This document shows positions 25,521 to 37,569 of a DNA stretch of 64,000 nucleotides, in pieces (within the stretch, counting starts at the first letter, position 1; each line of letters opens with the position of its first letter). The stretch covers positions 20,274,001 to 20,338,000 of the forward strand of contig OZ024741.1 in the NCBI GenBank assembly GCA_964016885.1. Direction: 5' to 3'. Under the pieces are notes generated by a model. It did not search any database. It had not been told where the DNA came from and was given only the letters and a program-made list of their open reading frames with translations. The translations under genes and the position numbers were made by a program. Origin of the DNA: Eledone cirrhosa (Eukaryota).

Positions 25521-25570
25521 TTTCTACAGGACTAGAACTGTTTCATTCGAAAGAAATCATCAGGAAATCC
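25521..25570 (-). ncRNA. Hammerhead ribozyme motif (pLTR family shared with 26809-26860 and 30327-30378)
   Basis: UUUC-CUGAUGA-UUUC UUUC GAAU-GAAAC AGUUCUA GUC-CUGUAGAAA. Confidence 0.7.
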
Positions 25571-26017
25571 CAGGGATTTCATGCTACAGATTGAGCACTG
25601 TTTTCCGTGATCTTTCATCTACGGATTTTTACACATACATGCACACATGCACATATGCATACATGCACACATGCACACATGCTGGTACAAACGATATAAT
25701 TTTAAGGCAACATACCAATGAGGGTCGGAACACGATATAAAGTTGTTGGCATGGGGTTTGTCGTAAGGAATGTTCTAAACAAATTGATATCCAGTGTGTT
25801 GAAGTAAAACAAATTAGTTGTTTACATTTATAGGTACTGACTAATATCCGATGGAAATCCTATAAAACGAATCTCCGAGGAAAACATTGGAAAATTGAAG
25901 AAGTATTGAAACATGTATAAGAAACGCTGTTTAAATGAAGCGTTGAAAATAATTCCATGGTTTTCTGTAATAAGTTAACAATTTCACTATATATATATAT
26001 AGAAATGGCTTCTACTA

Positions 26018-26101
<84 letters not shown>

Positions 26102-26130
26102 GTGTGTGTGTGTATGTGTGTGTGTGTGTG

Positions 26131-26660
26131 TAGGAAAAGGTTCAGGACCCCAACGGCAGAGCTCAAGCCGTTTCGATGGCTATTTCTAGACCACTATCGG
26201 CTTCTCCACCAAGAACATCCCAGTTCCACCGAGAAAACTTTACCTACGGATGCTCACGCAAAAAATCGACCTGTTTGCGAAAAGATTGAGATGGAGAACA
26301 TTCTTCTACGACAGATACCGCGACAACCAGGACTTCGACACCAAGAAGAAATACGGATTCTTTACCTACAAATCTCCCCCACTCTGCTCTCACCCTTCGA
26401 GAACGACCTCTTCCAACTGGTCAAGGGTATAAATTTCAAACCCAGACACAACCGATTCCTACAACTCCGTAGCAAAATAACTGAGTATGAAAGCACCAAC
26501 GACATCCTGGTGCATAAGAAAGGTCCAGAAATAGAGGTCGAAACGACTTGAGCTCTGCCGTCGGGGTCCTGAACATTTTCCTATTACCCACTCTACTACC
26601 CAAAGTATCGAGTACTCTGGTGCGTTATGGTCCACCTGGTTCCTTACCACACTTTCATCG
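26131..26660 (+). mobile_element. Internally deleted PLE: N-terminal ORF fragment between inverted pLTR pieces
   Basis: ~60-bp inverted repeat, 26131-26191 vs 26522-26584. The interior encodes KRLRWRTFF..KYGF..SPP..PFENDL..VKGINF, resembling the N-terminus of Naiad-like PLE ORFs. Confidence 0.68.
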
Positions 26661-26661
26661 T

Positions 26662-26783
<122 letters not shown>

Positions 26784-26808
26784 TTTTGTTTTTTTATTTT
26801 ATAGAAGG

Positions 26809-26860
26809 AACTTCTACAGGACTAGTACTGTTTCATTCAGATGAAATCTTCAGGAAGCTG
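26809..26860 (-). ncRNA. Hammerhead ribozyme motif
   Basis: AGCUUC-CUGAAGA-UUUC AUCU GAAU-GAAAC AGUACUA GUC-CUGUA-GAAGUU. Confidence 0.72.
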
Positions 26861-27027
26861 GGTGTCATATTAAGTTCTGGTATTTATACATTTAGGTAGT
26901 GGCAAGGGAGGGTGGTGGAGGGGGGGGGGGGGTATTTAGATACACAGGACCACTACATGGCACAGGCCGTTTTTTCTATGGGGAGAGGTCAATTAGCCAG
27001 AGTGCTTTTTTGAAATAAATAAATAAG

Positions 27028-27058
<31 letters not shown>

Positions 27059-27431
27059 ATAGATAAATGAATAAATAATAAATAAAGAAATAAATAAAAA
27101 TAAATAAATAAATAAAAACCCCAAGAATAGTAATTCAACAGATATATAGTAGGGAAATGTTTAGGTGGGTTGGTAATAGAAATTAAACATTAAACAAGAC
27201 CGAATGATGGCACAGACTGGGGTGAGTGGTCAAGTTAACATACAAGCCACAGGTGGCCAGAGTGTTTTTGTAGGATGGAAAGAATAAAATATATTTACAT
27301 ACTTACAACCACATACAAAAACACTTACACACACACATACATATATACCTACATACACATACACACACACATACACATGTGTGTGTGTGTGTGCACACCC
27401 ACACATTCACACTCACACACACATACATATA

Positions 27432-27465
<34 letters not shown>

Positions 27466-27626
27466 GCACACACATGTGTGCGCATACACATACACACACA
27501 CACACATACATATACGCACACACACACACACACATACATACACATATATACATATATACACAGGAAAAACACAAACACACAAATATACACACACACACGC
27601 ATACACATACACACATATATATACAC

Positions 27627-27658
<32 letters not shown>

Positions 27659-28277
27659 ACACCTGCAAGTACGTATGTCTCTCTCGTGTAAACTATACTA
27701 TACATACACATACATACATTTGCACACACATACATACGCATACATACACATACACACACAAACACATACATTCACACATATATATACGTATATACACATA
27801 CACACACACATATAAGTTTTAAATTTTAAACTGGGCCTGATAGAGGATTAAAATAATTAATGTCACTATTAAGTTATTAATAGTATCATCAAGTAATTAA
27901 TTACTATTTATTATTTATTACTTACTATTTACCATTCACTATTCGTTACCTATCTTTTATCCTTTATCTAATACCTAATCATTCACTCATAAATTAATAA
28001 ATAAATGAAAGAGTTAACTAACAAACGAACAAACAAACAAGCAGATAAACAAATAAACCAGTAAATAAGCAAATAAATAAACAAGTAAATAAATAAATGG
28101 ATAAATAAATAAATAAGTAAATAAAGTAACTAAATAAATAAATAAATAAATAACTAAATAAATATACAAGTTAAATAGATAAATAAATCATGAACGTGTG
28201 CGTGCAGCATTTCATAACTGCAAGTATGCAAACATGAGCAGGTATATACGTGAATTTGTGTGTGCGGCCACGGAACT

Positions 28278-28850
28278 TTACTCAGAGGCATACAACACAA
28301 TATATAAGACCTGGAGGGGAGGAAAGAAGGTAATAATGAGAGATAGAGGGACGGAAATGGGAAGGGGGGCTGGGGTGGGGTGGTGATACGAGGGGGGGGG
28401 GGGGGCAGTCGGGGGGGGGGGGCTGTAGTTTTTGTAATTTGCATAGTTCTTGTGCATGCAATTAGGGGAGTGTTCCGAGATCTTGTTGAGGAGAGGGCCT
28501 TTGGCGAATAGAATCTCATAGCTCTCGGAGATACAGAGGTCACAGCAATTATGGCCTCCCGTGTATGATCGCGCTCTCTGGAGTAGTCTCCATAGGGTCT
28601 TGAAGGGGATGGAGTTCCTTTTTAGGTGCCAGATGTGGGCGGCGAGTGTAGTTGGCACCTAAAAAGGAACTCCATCCCCTTCATATATTGACGTTTTGAC
28701 GGCTATTTCTGGACAGTCCAGAAATAGCCGTCGAAACGGCTTGATCTCTGCCGTCGGGGTCATACATTTTCCTATTACCCACTCTACTACCCTAAGTATT
28801 GAGTACTCTGGTGCGTTATGGTCCATCTGGTTCCTTACCACAACTCCTTC
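28278..28850 (-). mobile_element. PLE GIY-YIG C-terminal fragment with fold-back and inverted pLTR at the 5' junction
   Basis: TTLAAHIWHLK...CDLCISE...LLNK..E...CMH. 28601-28630 is inverted at 28654-28683. A 17-bp-arm hairpin lies at 28698-28732. The pLTR family is shared with 26522-26660 and 40370-40513. Confidence 0.8.
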
Positions 28851-28901
28851 GTTATATATATATATACATAAATGTAATCTGAGTTTTTGAATATTAATAA
28901 T

Positions 28902-29082
28902 TGTTTCTACTTTTTGGCACAAGGCCAGCAATTACTCAGTGTATTACTGGTACTTTATTTTATCGACCCCGTAAGGATGAAAGGCAAAGTCAACCTCAGC
29001 GGGATTTGAACTCAGATCATTAAGGGACGTAATTATGCTGGAAAGCATGGCATCCCACCCTCTACCGATACTGCCAATCCAC
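28902..29082 (-). mobile_element. Full-length SINE with 11-bp TSD
   Basis: TSD ATATTAATAAT at 28891-28901 and 29083-29093. Confidence 0.88.
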
Positions 29083-29213
29083 ATATTAATAATAACATTC
29101 GATTCGTTTGCAATTACACAAACAAGCCTCAATTTTATAGCCATGTCAGTAGAATGAACATTTCATTCTAGCATATATTTTCACTAGCTCTGACAGTTTG
29201 GCAGGTGAACAGT

Positions 29214-29263
29214 GAGCTGTACTGATGAAGGGTGATACCCAGAAACATTAGTGTTTGCAGTTC
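29214..29263 (+). ncRNA. Type I hammerhead ribozyme
   Basis: GAGCUGUA-CUGAUGA-A GGGU GAU ACCC A-GAAAC AUUAGU GUU-UGCAGUUC. Confidence 0.85.
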
Positions 29264-29494
29264 TGTTCGCATGCCAACATAAGAGCAAGAATGAAGTGTT
29301 CATTCTACTGACATGGCTGTAAAATTGAGGCTTGTTTGCGTAATTGTAAACGAATCGAATGTTATTATTAATATTCGAAAAACTCAGATTACATTTATTG
29401 TATTCAGCCATGTAGAACGAAATTTTCTTTTTTTTATATATATATAACATAAGGAATGGAGAATCAGTAGTGCGACGAATTAAAATGTATTAGA

Positions 29495-29581
29495 CATATT
29501 ACAATCGTTTCTCTGGCGACCAGCTCGACACACGATCCGATGATCGAACCTGACTCTGAAATCGCAAGATCCTCAGATACG
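29495..29581 (-). ncRNA. Hammerhead ribozyme with extended stem II
   Basis: CGUAU-CUGAGGA-UCUUGCGA...UCGCCAGA-GAAAC-GAUU-GUA-AUAUG. Confidence 0.75.
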
Positions 29582-30326
29582 TCTCATCTTTCGAAGCAGA
29601 GTTTCCAAATGTTTCCATACGGACGCTTTAACAATGTTTCTATTGATCTTTCCAATTGCTAATACTATCTATCGGTCACAAATCCAGGCAGAAGGAACAA
29701 CGTTAAATAAAGTGTCTTGCTGAAGGACATAACGCATCGCCTTATATATATATATAAATATGTATATATGTGTGTGTGTGTGTGCATGCATGTATATGTA
29801 TATATATGGTTGTATATGTATATTTGTATGTATGTGCGTATATATGTATATATATGCGTGTGTGTGTGCGTGTGTGTGCGCGTGTGTGTGTGTGTGAATG
29901 TGCTTGCTGACACCCGGAATATAGCTTAAGAGAAACTTAACAATAAGGAGAGGCACCCTAAACTTAAACCTGTTTATAGAATTCTTTCTGCGTTTGTCAC
30001 TCTAAATTCGGCTTTAAAGAAGTAGCTTTTAAAGAATTTCTCTTTCTTTAAACCAATGACCTCCACCCATCCTGTAGACACCTGACATACAGGCATTGTT
30101 AGCTTAAGAGAAACTTAAAAATAAGGAGTGGCACTCCAATCTGAACTTGTTTATAGTATTCTTTCTGCCTTTGTCACTCTAAATATAAATTATAGCTTTA
30201 AAGAATTAGCTTTTAAAGAATTCCCTTTTCTTTAAACCCATCAACCAATGACCTCCAGCCATCCCAATCCCCACCCTCTCCTACCACCAGAAAAATATAA
30301 ATACCACCATATTTACTTGGACAGTC

Positions 30327-30378
30327 AGCTTCCTGTTGATTTCTCACGAATGAAACAGTTCTAGTCCTGTAGAAGCTT
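30327..30378 (+). ncRNA. Degenerate hammerhead motif (CUGUUGA core) in a pLTR, preceded by a ~180-bp direct duplication (29922-30262)
   Basis: AGCUUC-CUGUUGA...GAAACAGUUCUAGUC-CUGUA-GAAGCU. Confidence 0.55.
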
Positions 30379-30763
30379 TTCTATATTAAATATATATCAA
30401 CTGAATACTAACCCATACAATCACTAATACTCTTTTATTCCTAATTAAACCATTTTTCAACTGTGAACAATTTGTCAGCATTTTCTATTCCGTTTACCAA
30501 TATATATATATATATATATATATATAGTATTAATTATACTATTTATGGTTATGTAAATACAAAAACCTTTTGCAGTTATATGTATTTTTTTATACAAAAA
30601 TGTTTTGAACAGTTCTTTGATTCTTATATTTCATATATATATATATATAAGTTGTAATAAAATGAAAACGAAATTTCATTTCTCACTCTTAGTACAGCAC
30701 TTACTTAAATGTAAGTATGTATGTATACGTACATACATATATGTATACAGACGTACAGTAGCA

Positions 30764-30819
<56 letters not shown>

Positions 30820-30824
<5 letters not shown>

Positions 30825-32358
30825 TCAGGTTATCAATAATGTATAAATCACATAGGAGTAGAAATAGCACAGAATCACCACCATACATACACTACCGCAA
30901 TAGACACAATAATAGTCGCACACCACCAAACAGAAGGCGATGTAAGGAGTATATTTGGTACAACCCGGTCTATAACAACTCTATTAAAACCAATCTACCC
31001 TCACAATTCTTTCGATTAATTACAAAACACTTTCCAACATCACATAAATATAATAAAATCTTAAACCCTAACACTATTCGACTTTCATATTCAACCGCCC
31101 CTAATATTGAACAACATATAAAAAAGCTTAACGCAAAACGGTTGTATAAACGCCTTCCAACACATAACAATACACGTAAAACATTAGCTATAACATCACA
31201 AAACAATAAACAACATCCTGTCCTACATAAGCAACCTCATCAACCCATCCATGGCAATACAACAACGCAAAATTATAATTGCAACTGTGTCCAACCAGGA
31301 ATGTGTCCGTTGAACAATCAGTGTCTTGAACGCAACATCGTATACAAATGTACTATCGAATCGGATAGACAGAAGTGGTACTATGTGGGATCTACAGCCA
31401 CCTCCTTCAAATCACGCCTTTATAGACATCGTTACTCGATAAAACATGAAAACCAGCGTTATGTAACAACACTCGCAGACAAGGCTTGGCAGCTGCGTGA
31501 AAATAACCAACAATTTCACCTAAAATGGGATATAATAGCGGCTGCCCCCCCCCCCCCCCCCCCTATTCCCATGGACAGGAATTTTGTAAATTATGTAATG
31601 TAGAATTATTTTGTATTATGAAATCCAAAAACATTTTATTAAATAACAGAATAGAGCGATCGTTATACTGTAAACATCGCTTAAAATCTACATTTTCATA
31701 TTATAAATACTACCAGGATTGAACGCCTGTCTCTATCCCCGTTTGATTGTCAAAATAGATATTAACATTCTTTATTAGTCTTAATTCTATCAACTCTTCT
31801 ATTATTTACCTTTTAATACAAACTGCTATAGATAAAATGAGATTTCTGATTTCTTGATTCAATTCCCTAGTGCATATACCAGCTGGCTACTAGCATTGAT
31901 GTTATTTAGTAGCAATCGAAATCTCCCCCTTCCCCAATTGACACTTTATAATTAATACTACTGCACCAAATGACCAGCCCTGTCCACTGTCCAGTTGGTC
32001 AAGTAGAGATTAAAATTGGCACTCCCAAAATTCTTATTTAGATTTACTCATGGTATTCTCATTAGAAACCCATTATATACTTGTTTAGCAGTAAATTAAT
32101 TTACCATCTGTCATATACTATCCCCTCTGTTTCTTCCTCTATTACTAATATAAATACTTCAATTTTTCTGATTTTATCCAATTTATCCAAATTCTCTGAA
32201 GAAGTGACAACTGATTATACATTTGCTATCGAATACTTGCTAACATTATATAATTACGCAAGCAGCGATACATAGGTATTCCGTCTGTTACAGAAACATA
32301 TGTCAATACCTAATAAATTCCTTTTTTAAAAAAAGCACTTTCATTTTATATTCATCCT

Positions 32359-32360
<2 letters not shown>
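30820..32360 (+). mobile_element. 5'-truncated Naiad-like PLE (linker + GIY-YIG + pLTR) inserted in (TA)n
   Basis: YIWYNP, CNC..CPLNNQCL, IVYKC..YYVGST, FKSRLYRH and CKLCNVE, with a frameshift in the poly-C at ~31545-31563. HHR in the 3' region. Confidence 0.9.
32190..32310 (+). ncRNA. Hammerhead motif with ~90-nt stem II insertion
   Basis: CUGAAGA-AGUGACA...UGUUACA-GAAAC-AUAU-GUC. Stem I is weak. Confidence 0.65.
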
Positions 32361-32439
<79 letters not shown>

Positions 32440-33296
32440 CAGGTACACATACATATATGTACGTATCAGTTTAGCGGACGCTTATTATAACGCCCGCTTT
32501 GTTCGTTTGTAAACAAACTGAACAGCCTGAATTTATGCCGTACGGTGTTAAGGCAACCACGTCACCTTTTTGTTCAACACTGACACAGGAACGATGTACT
32601 AGTTTCAAGCTTGTTAGCTATCATCTGTGTGTGTGTGTATGTATGTGCATCTGTGTGCCCCTCTGTATGTATGTGTGTGCCTCTCTGTCTGTATGTGTCT
32701 GTGCCTCTCTGTGTGTATGTGTGTGTGCTTCTCTGTATGTATGTGTATGTGCCGCTCTGTCTATGTGTCTGTGCCTGTGTGTGTGCCTCTCTGTATGTAT
32801 GTGTGTGTGTGTACCTCTCTGTATGTGTGTGTGTGTGTGTCTCTATGTATGTGTCTCTCTGCCTCTCTGTATGTATGTGTGTGTGCCCTTCTGTATATGT
32901 ATGTGTGTGTGTGTACCTCTCTGTATGTATGTGTGTGTGCCCTTCTGTATGTATGTGTATATATGTGCCTCTCTAACTGTACCTCTGCCTCTCTGTATGT
33001 GTGTGTATATATGTGCCTCTCTGACTGTACCTCTGTATGTATGTGTGTGTACCTGGTCCCAGTTCAACCCAGTGCCGCAGTTTAAGTGGATGACATCAAA
33101 GAAATGAGTTTCATTGATGAAACGTTTACGTCTTTAGTTATATCAAATGAAAAATCGAAAACCAATTGAGTAATCGATACGGTTGTTTAACGTAGCCATT
33201 TCATTAAATTGCAGACAGTGTTTATATTGTAAGATATAAGTTACTGCAGTTTTACTGTCCAATGCAGCATGCACTAATTGTTCACGAGTTCGATTC

Positions 33297-33480
33297 ACTG
33301 GATTGGCAGTATCGGTAGAGGGTCTGACGCCATGCTTTGCAGCAAAGAGTTACGCCCCTTTATGGTCTGAGTTCAAATCCCGCCGAGGTTAACTTTACCT
33401 TTCATCCTTACGGGGTCGCTAAAATAAAGTACCAGTAATACACTGGGGTAATTGCTGGCCTTGTGCCAAAAGTAGAAACA
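33297..33480 (+). mobile_element. Full-length tRNA/Meta-type SINE (others at 34110-34273 - and 55185-55368 +)
   Basis: Near-identical to 685-868. Confidence 0.88.
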
Positions 33481-34526
33481 AAGATAAGTCCAGCGTTCAA
33501 TCCTACAGCCTGGCACCTTAGGCAAGTGTCATTTACCATAACTTCAGGGAAACTGGGCTGACGGAAACTGTTTGGAGGCCCGTCGGATGAACTGTATGTG
33601 CAATTAAAGGTGCAAGCTTTGTTGCACACAATGTCATGCTGGATCTCCCCGAGAATTAAGTTAAGGGTACACATGTCTGTAGAATGCTCAGCCACTTACA
33701 CGTTAATTTCCCGGGCAGGCTGTTCCGTTGATTGAACAACTGGAACACTCATCTTTGAAACTGGTGGAGGTCCATTCTACGGAATTCCTATGAGGGTTAC
33801 CTTTGTTTTATAGCAGCCCTATATTACAGGGATTCTCAATGTGAGCCCTTAGGTCCATAAGTGGGCCTGAGAATTTTTTTAAATAGGCCTATAGTTGGCC
33901 CAAGGAAAATAGGTGGGCTTTGAAGTTCTATTTTTGTTTCCGTTTGTGTAAAATTATAAAAACATAACCTGCTCTGATTTATTTTTAAAGGAAAATAATT
34001 CAAAAATTAAAAGCATAGCAGATACGTAAATCTATTCGTGAGTTTTATATCGAATAATAATATTCGATTTGTTTGCAAGCAAACAACCTCATTTTGTGTT
34101 TTAGATGACACAAGACCAACAATTACCCAGTGTATTACTGGTACTTTATTTTATCGACACCGTAAGGATGAAAGGCAAAGTTAACCTCGGCAGGATTTGA
34201 ACTCAGAATGGCAAGGGCCGTAACTCTATGCGTCAAAGCATGGCGTCCGACCCTCTACCGATAATGCCAATCCATAATAATATTGTTTCTAGGTTATTGC
34301 TCTCTGTCAAGATTTTCAGAGAAGAGAGATGCACGATCTTGACAAGGGCAATAACCCAGAAACAATATTATTGTCAATTGTTTCTCTCGGACACCGCTAG
34401 AACAAAAGGATGGTGATGGTCGTCTAAAGCCCATACCCTATTGAGGCTGTTTGCTTGCAAACGTATCGAATATTATTACAGATACACGCACGCGTGGATG
34501 CACACACAAACACACATTCACACACA

Positions 34527-34598
<72 letters not shown>

Positions 34599-34614
34599 TA
34601 TATATGAATATATA

Positions 34615-34655
<41 letters not shown>

Positions 34656-34679
34656 GTGTGTGTGTGTGTAAAAGGTAAA

Positions 34680-34800
34680 TAAATAAAGTAAACGTCACAA
34701 TACATTGAAGAAATATATTAGTTTAACGCTTGAAATAGCAGGAAAAGAGGCTTAATGTTTCGGACACTAGTCCTTTATCAGATGATTGAGTTAGAAATAG
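34680..34800 (-). ncRNA. Solo PLE pLTR fragment with minimal hammerhead-like motif
   Basis: CUGAUAA-A GGAC UAGU GUCC-GAAACAUUA, homologous to 49381-49500. Confidence 0.6.
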
Positions 34801-34896
34801 AAGATAGAATAGAATGATAAAGAGTGAGAAGAGAAGAGAGAGGAAGGAACGGGGAAAAAGGAGAATAAAGGGAAAAGGCACATGCGTATTCAGTCA

Positions 34897-34933
<37 letters not shown>

Positions 34934-35199
34934 GAAAGTATTCTTTGTGTAATATATCCTAGACGGGTAAAAATATAGGAAAAAGAAGTTTAAAATGTAA
35001 TTGGAGTCTTTAAGAAGGTTTATTTACAATAGATTATAACTTTACCGGTTTCATTAATGTCGTGATTTTCAAACGTTACGAGAGATGGAGAGATAGAGAG
35101 ATGTGTGATTATGCCGACTTGTAACTCGCAACTGATTTGGGTAATTTCTTTCAAATTTATGCAATAAAAGAGGCTCAGATTGCTATATGTTTGACATAC

Positions 35200-36016
35200 A
35201 ATTTGATAAATTGAAGAAGATCACGTGATTAGGCATCGAATTTTGCGGTGTTTCCGCCAAAAATTAGGACTGTCATGGTTCGTTCGGTTTTATGCAAAAC
35301 AGTGGCTCAAATTGTCTGAAGTATAGACACGTTCTCCGTTTCCAATTTAGTCGCTTCGGGCACAAACCCCGGTACTGCGACGCGCGTGCAGGGGACAGGA
35401 ACATAAGCATATACCGGACACTGTCCGGCCGCTTCCTCTTCGCACTGTTCGTTATCGAGACCTCCGTCGCCCTCAGACCCCGTCTCCAAATAATCTGAAC
35501 GTCAGCAGCCCGTCTGAGGAAGGAGCCCCACAAGTTGGCGTGGCTGTTGCAGCAGGTGTTGCTGGCTATTTTCGGCGGAAATGCCTTTGCAGTTTTTTCC
35601 GTGGGGCGTAGCCCAAACACCGCCACAGCCTAGGCCTTGAACCCATCATCCTCTTCCTTTCCCCCTCCCTTTCTTCTGTGGCCCAAGATTCCTTGCTTTT
35701 TCCCCTCCTTTTCCTCTCATTAATGTCATTTATAATCCCTTCTTCTTTCCCATACAGCCAGACCTGCCCCTCTTTACCTCTTTTCTCTTTTAATGTTATT
35801 TAATTATGCGTCACTCTTGTGGTTAATAAAGAAACTATTATCTAATTATGTGTTGTTTTTTTTTTCATATTTCCATGATTTGATTGGCTGAGGATAACTA
35901 CAGGTCACAGCAAAACCGGACATGAATTCATACTGTCCATACTCACGTTTTTTTTGGCGCGAAAGTACCAACAATTTCGGTGCCTAATCACGTGACTATC
36001 TTCAACTTATCAAATT
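35200..36016. mobile_element. TIR-bounded non-autonomous DNA element containing a Tx1-like 3' end
   Basis: ~45-bp imperfect TIRs (AATTTGATAA.TTGAAGA...TCACGTGATTAGGCA.CGAA). The interior ends CTTGTGGTTAATAAAGAAA at ~35835, like the Tx1 3' terminus. Confidence 0.6.
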
Positions 36017-36638
36017 ATACTTTAAACAGCTGGTGCTAAAGAACAACAACAATAGGAGCAATACACAGCGGCCATGGGATTCCAGTAGAGAGGGGGGGGA
36101 GAAGAAGAAGAAGAAGAAGAAGAAGAAGAAGAAGAAGAAGAAGAAGAAGAAGATATTAGTATAGTAGTGGTGGTGGTGATGGGGGGAGTGATGGGGGTGA
36201 TGATGATGGTGGTGGTGGTGAGGGAAGTTGATAATGATAACCATGATGGAGTTGATAAGGACGATGATGATGACGATGACGATGATGATGATGATGATAG
36301 TGGCGATGATGCTAACAAATAAAAATGGCGCCAGTCAGTTTCCTTTCGTTCCCACCTGACATTAACGTGTGAATCTCCTCTCACTAAAAGTACAATAGAC
36401 AAAACCATCGACCTATGTCTATCAAGGTACATTACACCTAGAAGCGCCTTTACATGTGTAGCTAATTTAGTTTCAGTTTGGCAACTCAAATGAATTATCT
36501 TCACACCAAATTAACAGTGACGTGTGAATTAGCTTACATTTATTATAAACTGAAAAAATTGTTTCTTCAATAAGTGAAAATTGACTGGCTGCCATATTTC
36601 TGTATGTCGTAGTTTAGAGTTTGCCTGGGAGATTGGTA

Positions 36639-36656
36639 ATGGCTGACGGAGAACAG
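36639..36656 (+). CDS. Candidate first coding exon (MADGEQ) of a host gene
   Basis: Kozak-like GTAATGG and CAG|GTAAAT donor at the end of a ~350-bp unique island. Confidence 0.25.
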
Positions 36657-36768
36657 GTAAATTGTGGGCCACACGATGTCTATAGTTTATAATATATAGC
36701 TCGTGGGAGTATATATCACACGAATCATAATTGTAGAATATATATATGTATGTGTGTGTGTTTGGGGG

Positions 36769-36863
<95 letters not shown>

Positions 36864-36877
36864 ATGTGGGGGGGTGA

Positions 36878-37070
36878 TGGCGCGTGATTTAGTGGTTAGA
36901 GTATCGAATACACAATCGTGAGGATGTGAGTTCGATTCTCGAACCGAGTGATGCATTGTGTCCTTAAGCAAGACACTTTATTTCACGTTCCTCCAGTTTA
37001 CTCAGCTGTTGAAATGAGTTGAGACGTCACTGGTGCCAAGCTGTATTGGTCATTGCCTTTCCTTTGGACA
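36878..37070 (+). mobile_element. Second tRNA-derived SINE family with CORE-like domain (remnants also near 17500-17605 and 29700-29740)
   Basis: TAGTGGTTAG A-box, GAGTTCGATTC B-box, then TTGTGTCCTTAAGCAAGACACTT. Confidence 0.72.
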
Positions 37071-37482
37071 ACATATATAGTGTATAATATATACTGTACA
37101 TAGAGTATATATATAATGTATATGTATGTTGTGACGTCACTGGTGCCAAGCTGTGGCGTTCAGTGCCTTTCCTTTGGGACAACATCGATGGTGTGGAGAG
37201 GGAAGACTGATGTGTATGGGTGACTGTTGATCTTCCACAAACAACCTTGCCCTGACTTGTGCCTCTGAAAAAAACTATATGTATGTATGTGTGTGCATGT
37301 GTGTGTATGTGTAATCAATTACCTGGTTCTCTTTCACATATTGATACTTATACCTTTCCCTCCCCAACCCCATTTCCCCCTACCACCACCTCTGCCAAAC
37401 AACTTTTTTTCTCCAACTCTCTTTATCTACAGAGAGAGAGGGGGGATAGATACAGATATAGATATAGTTATATGTATCTATC

Positions 37483-37532
<50 letters not shown>

Positions 37533-37569
37533 TACAGTATTTTCCGTTGTGTTGTAATATAAATATTAC

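Larger units (their letters stand above)
28868..29430. repeat. Fold-back HHR element whose left arm is interrupted by a SINE
   Basis: 28868-28901 plus 29083-29169 is the inverse of ~29288-29398. The HHR lies in the loop. A non-palindromic copy is at 53695-54100. Confidence 0.82.

Noticed and set aside
33085-33135. Additional decayed hammerhead-like motifs (also ~35040-35075 and ~54678-54765)
   Set aside because: The cores carry multiple mismatches and the stems are weak, so they are not supportable by eye.
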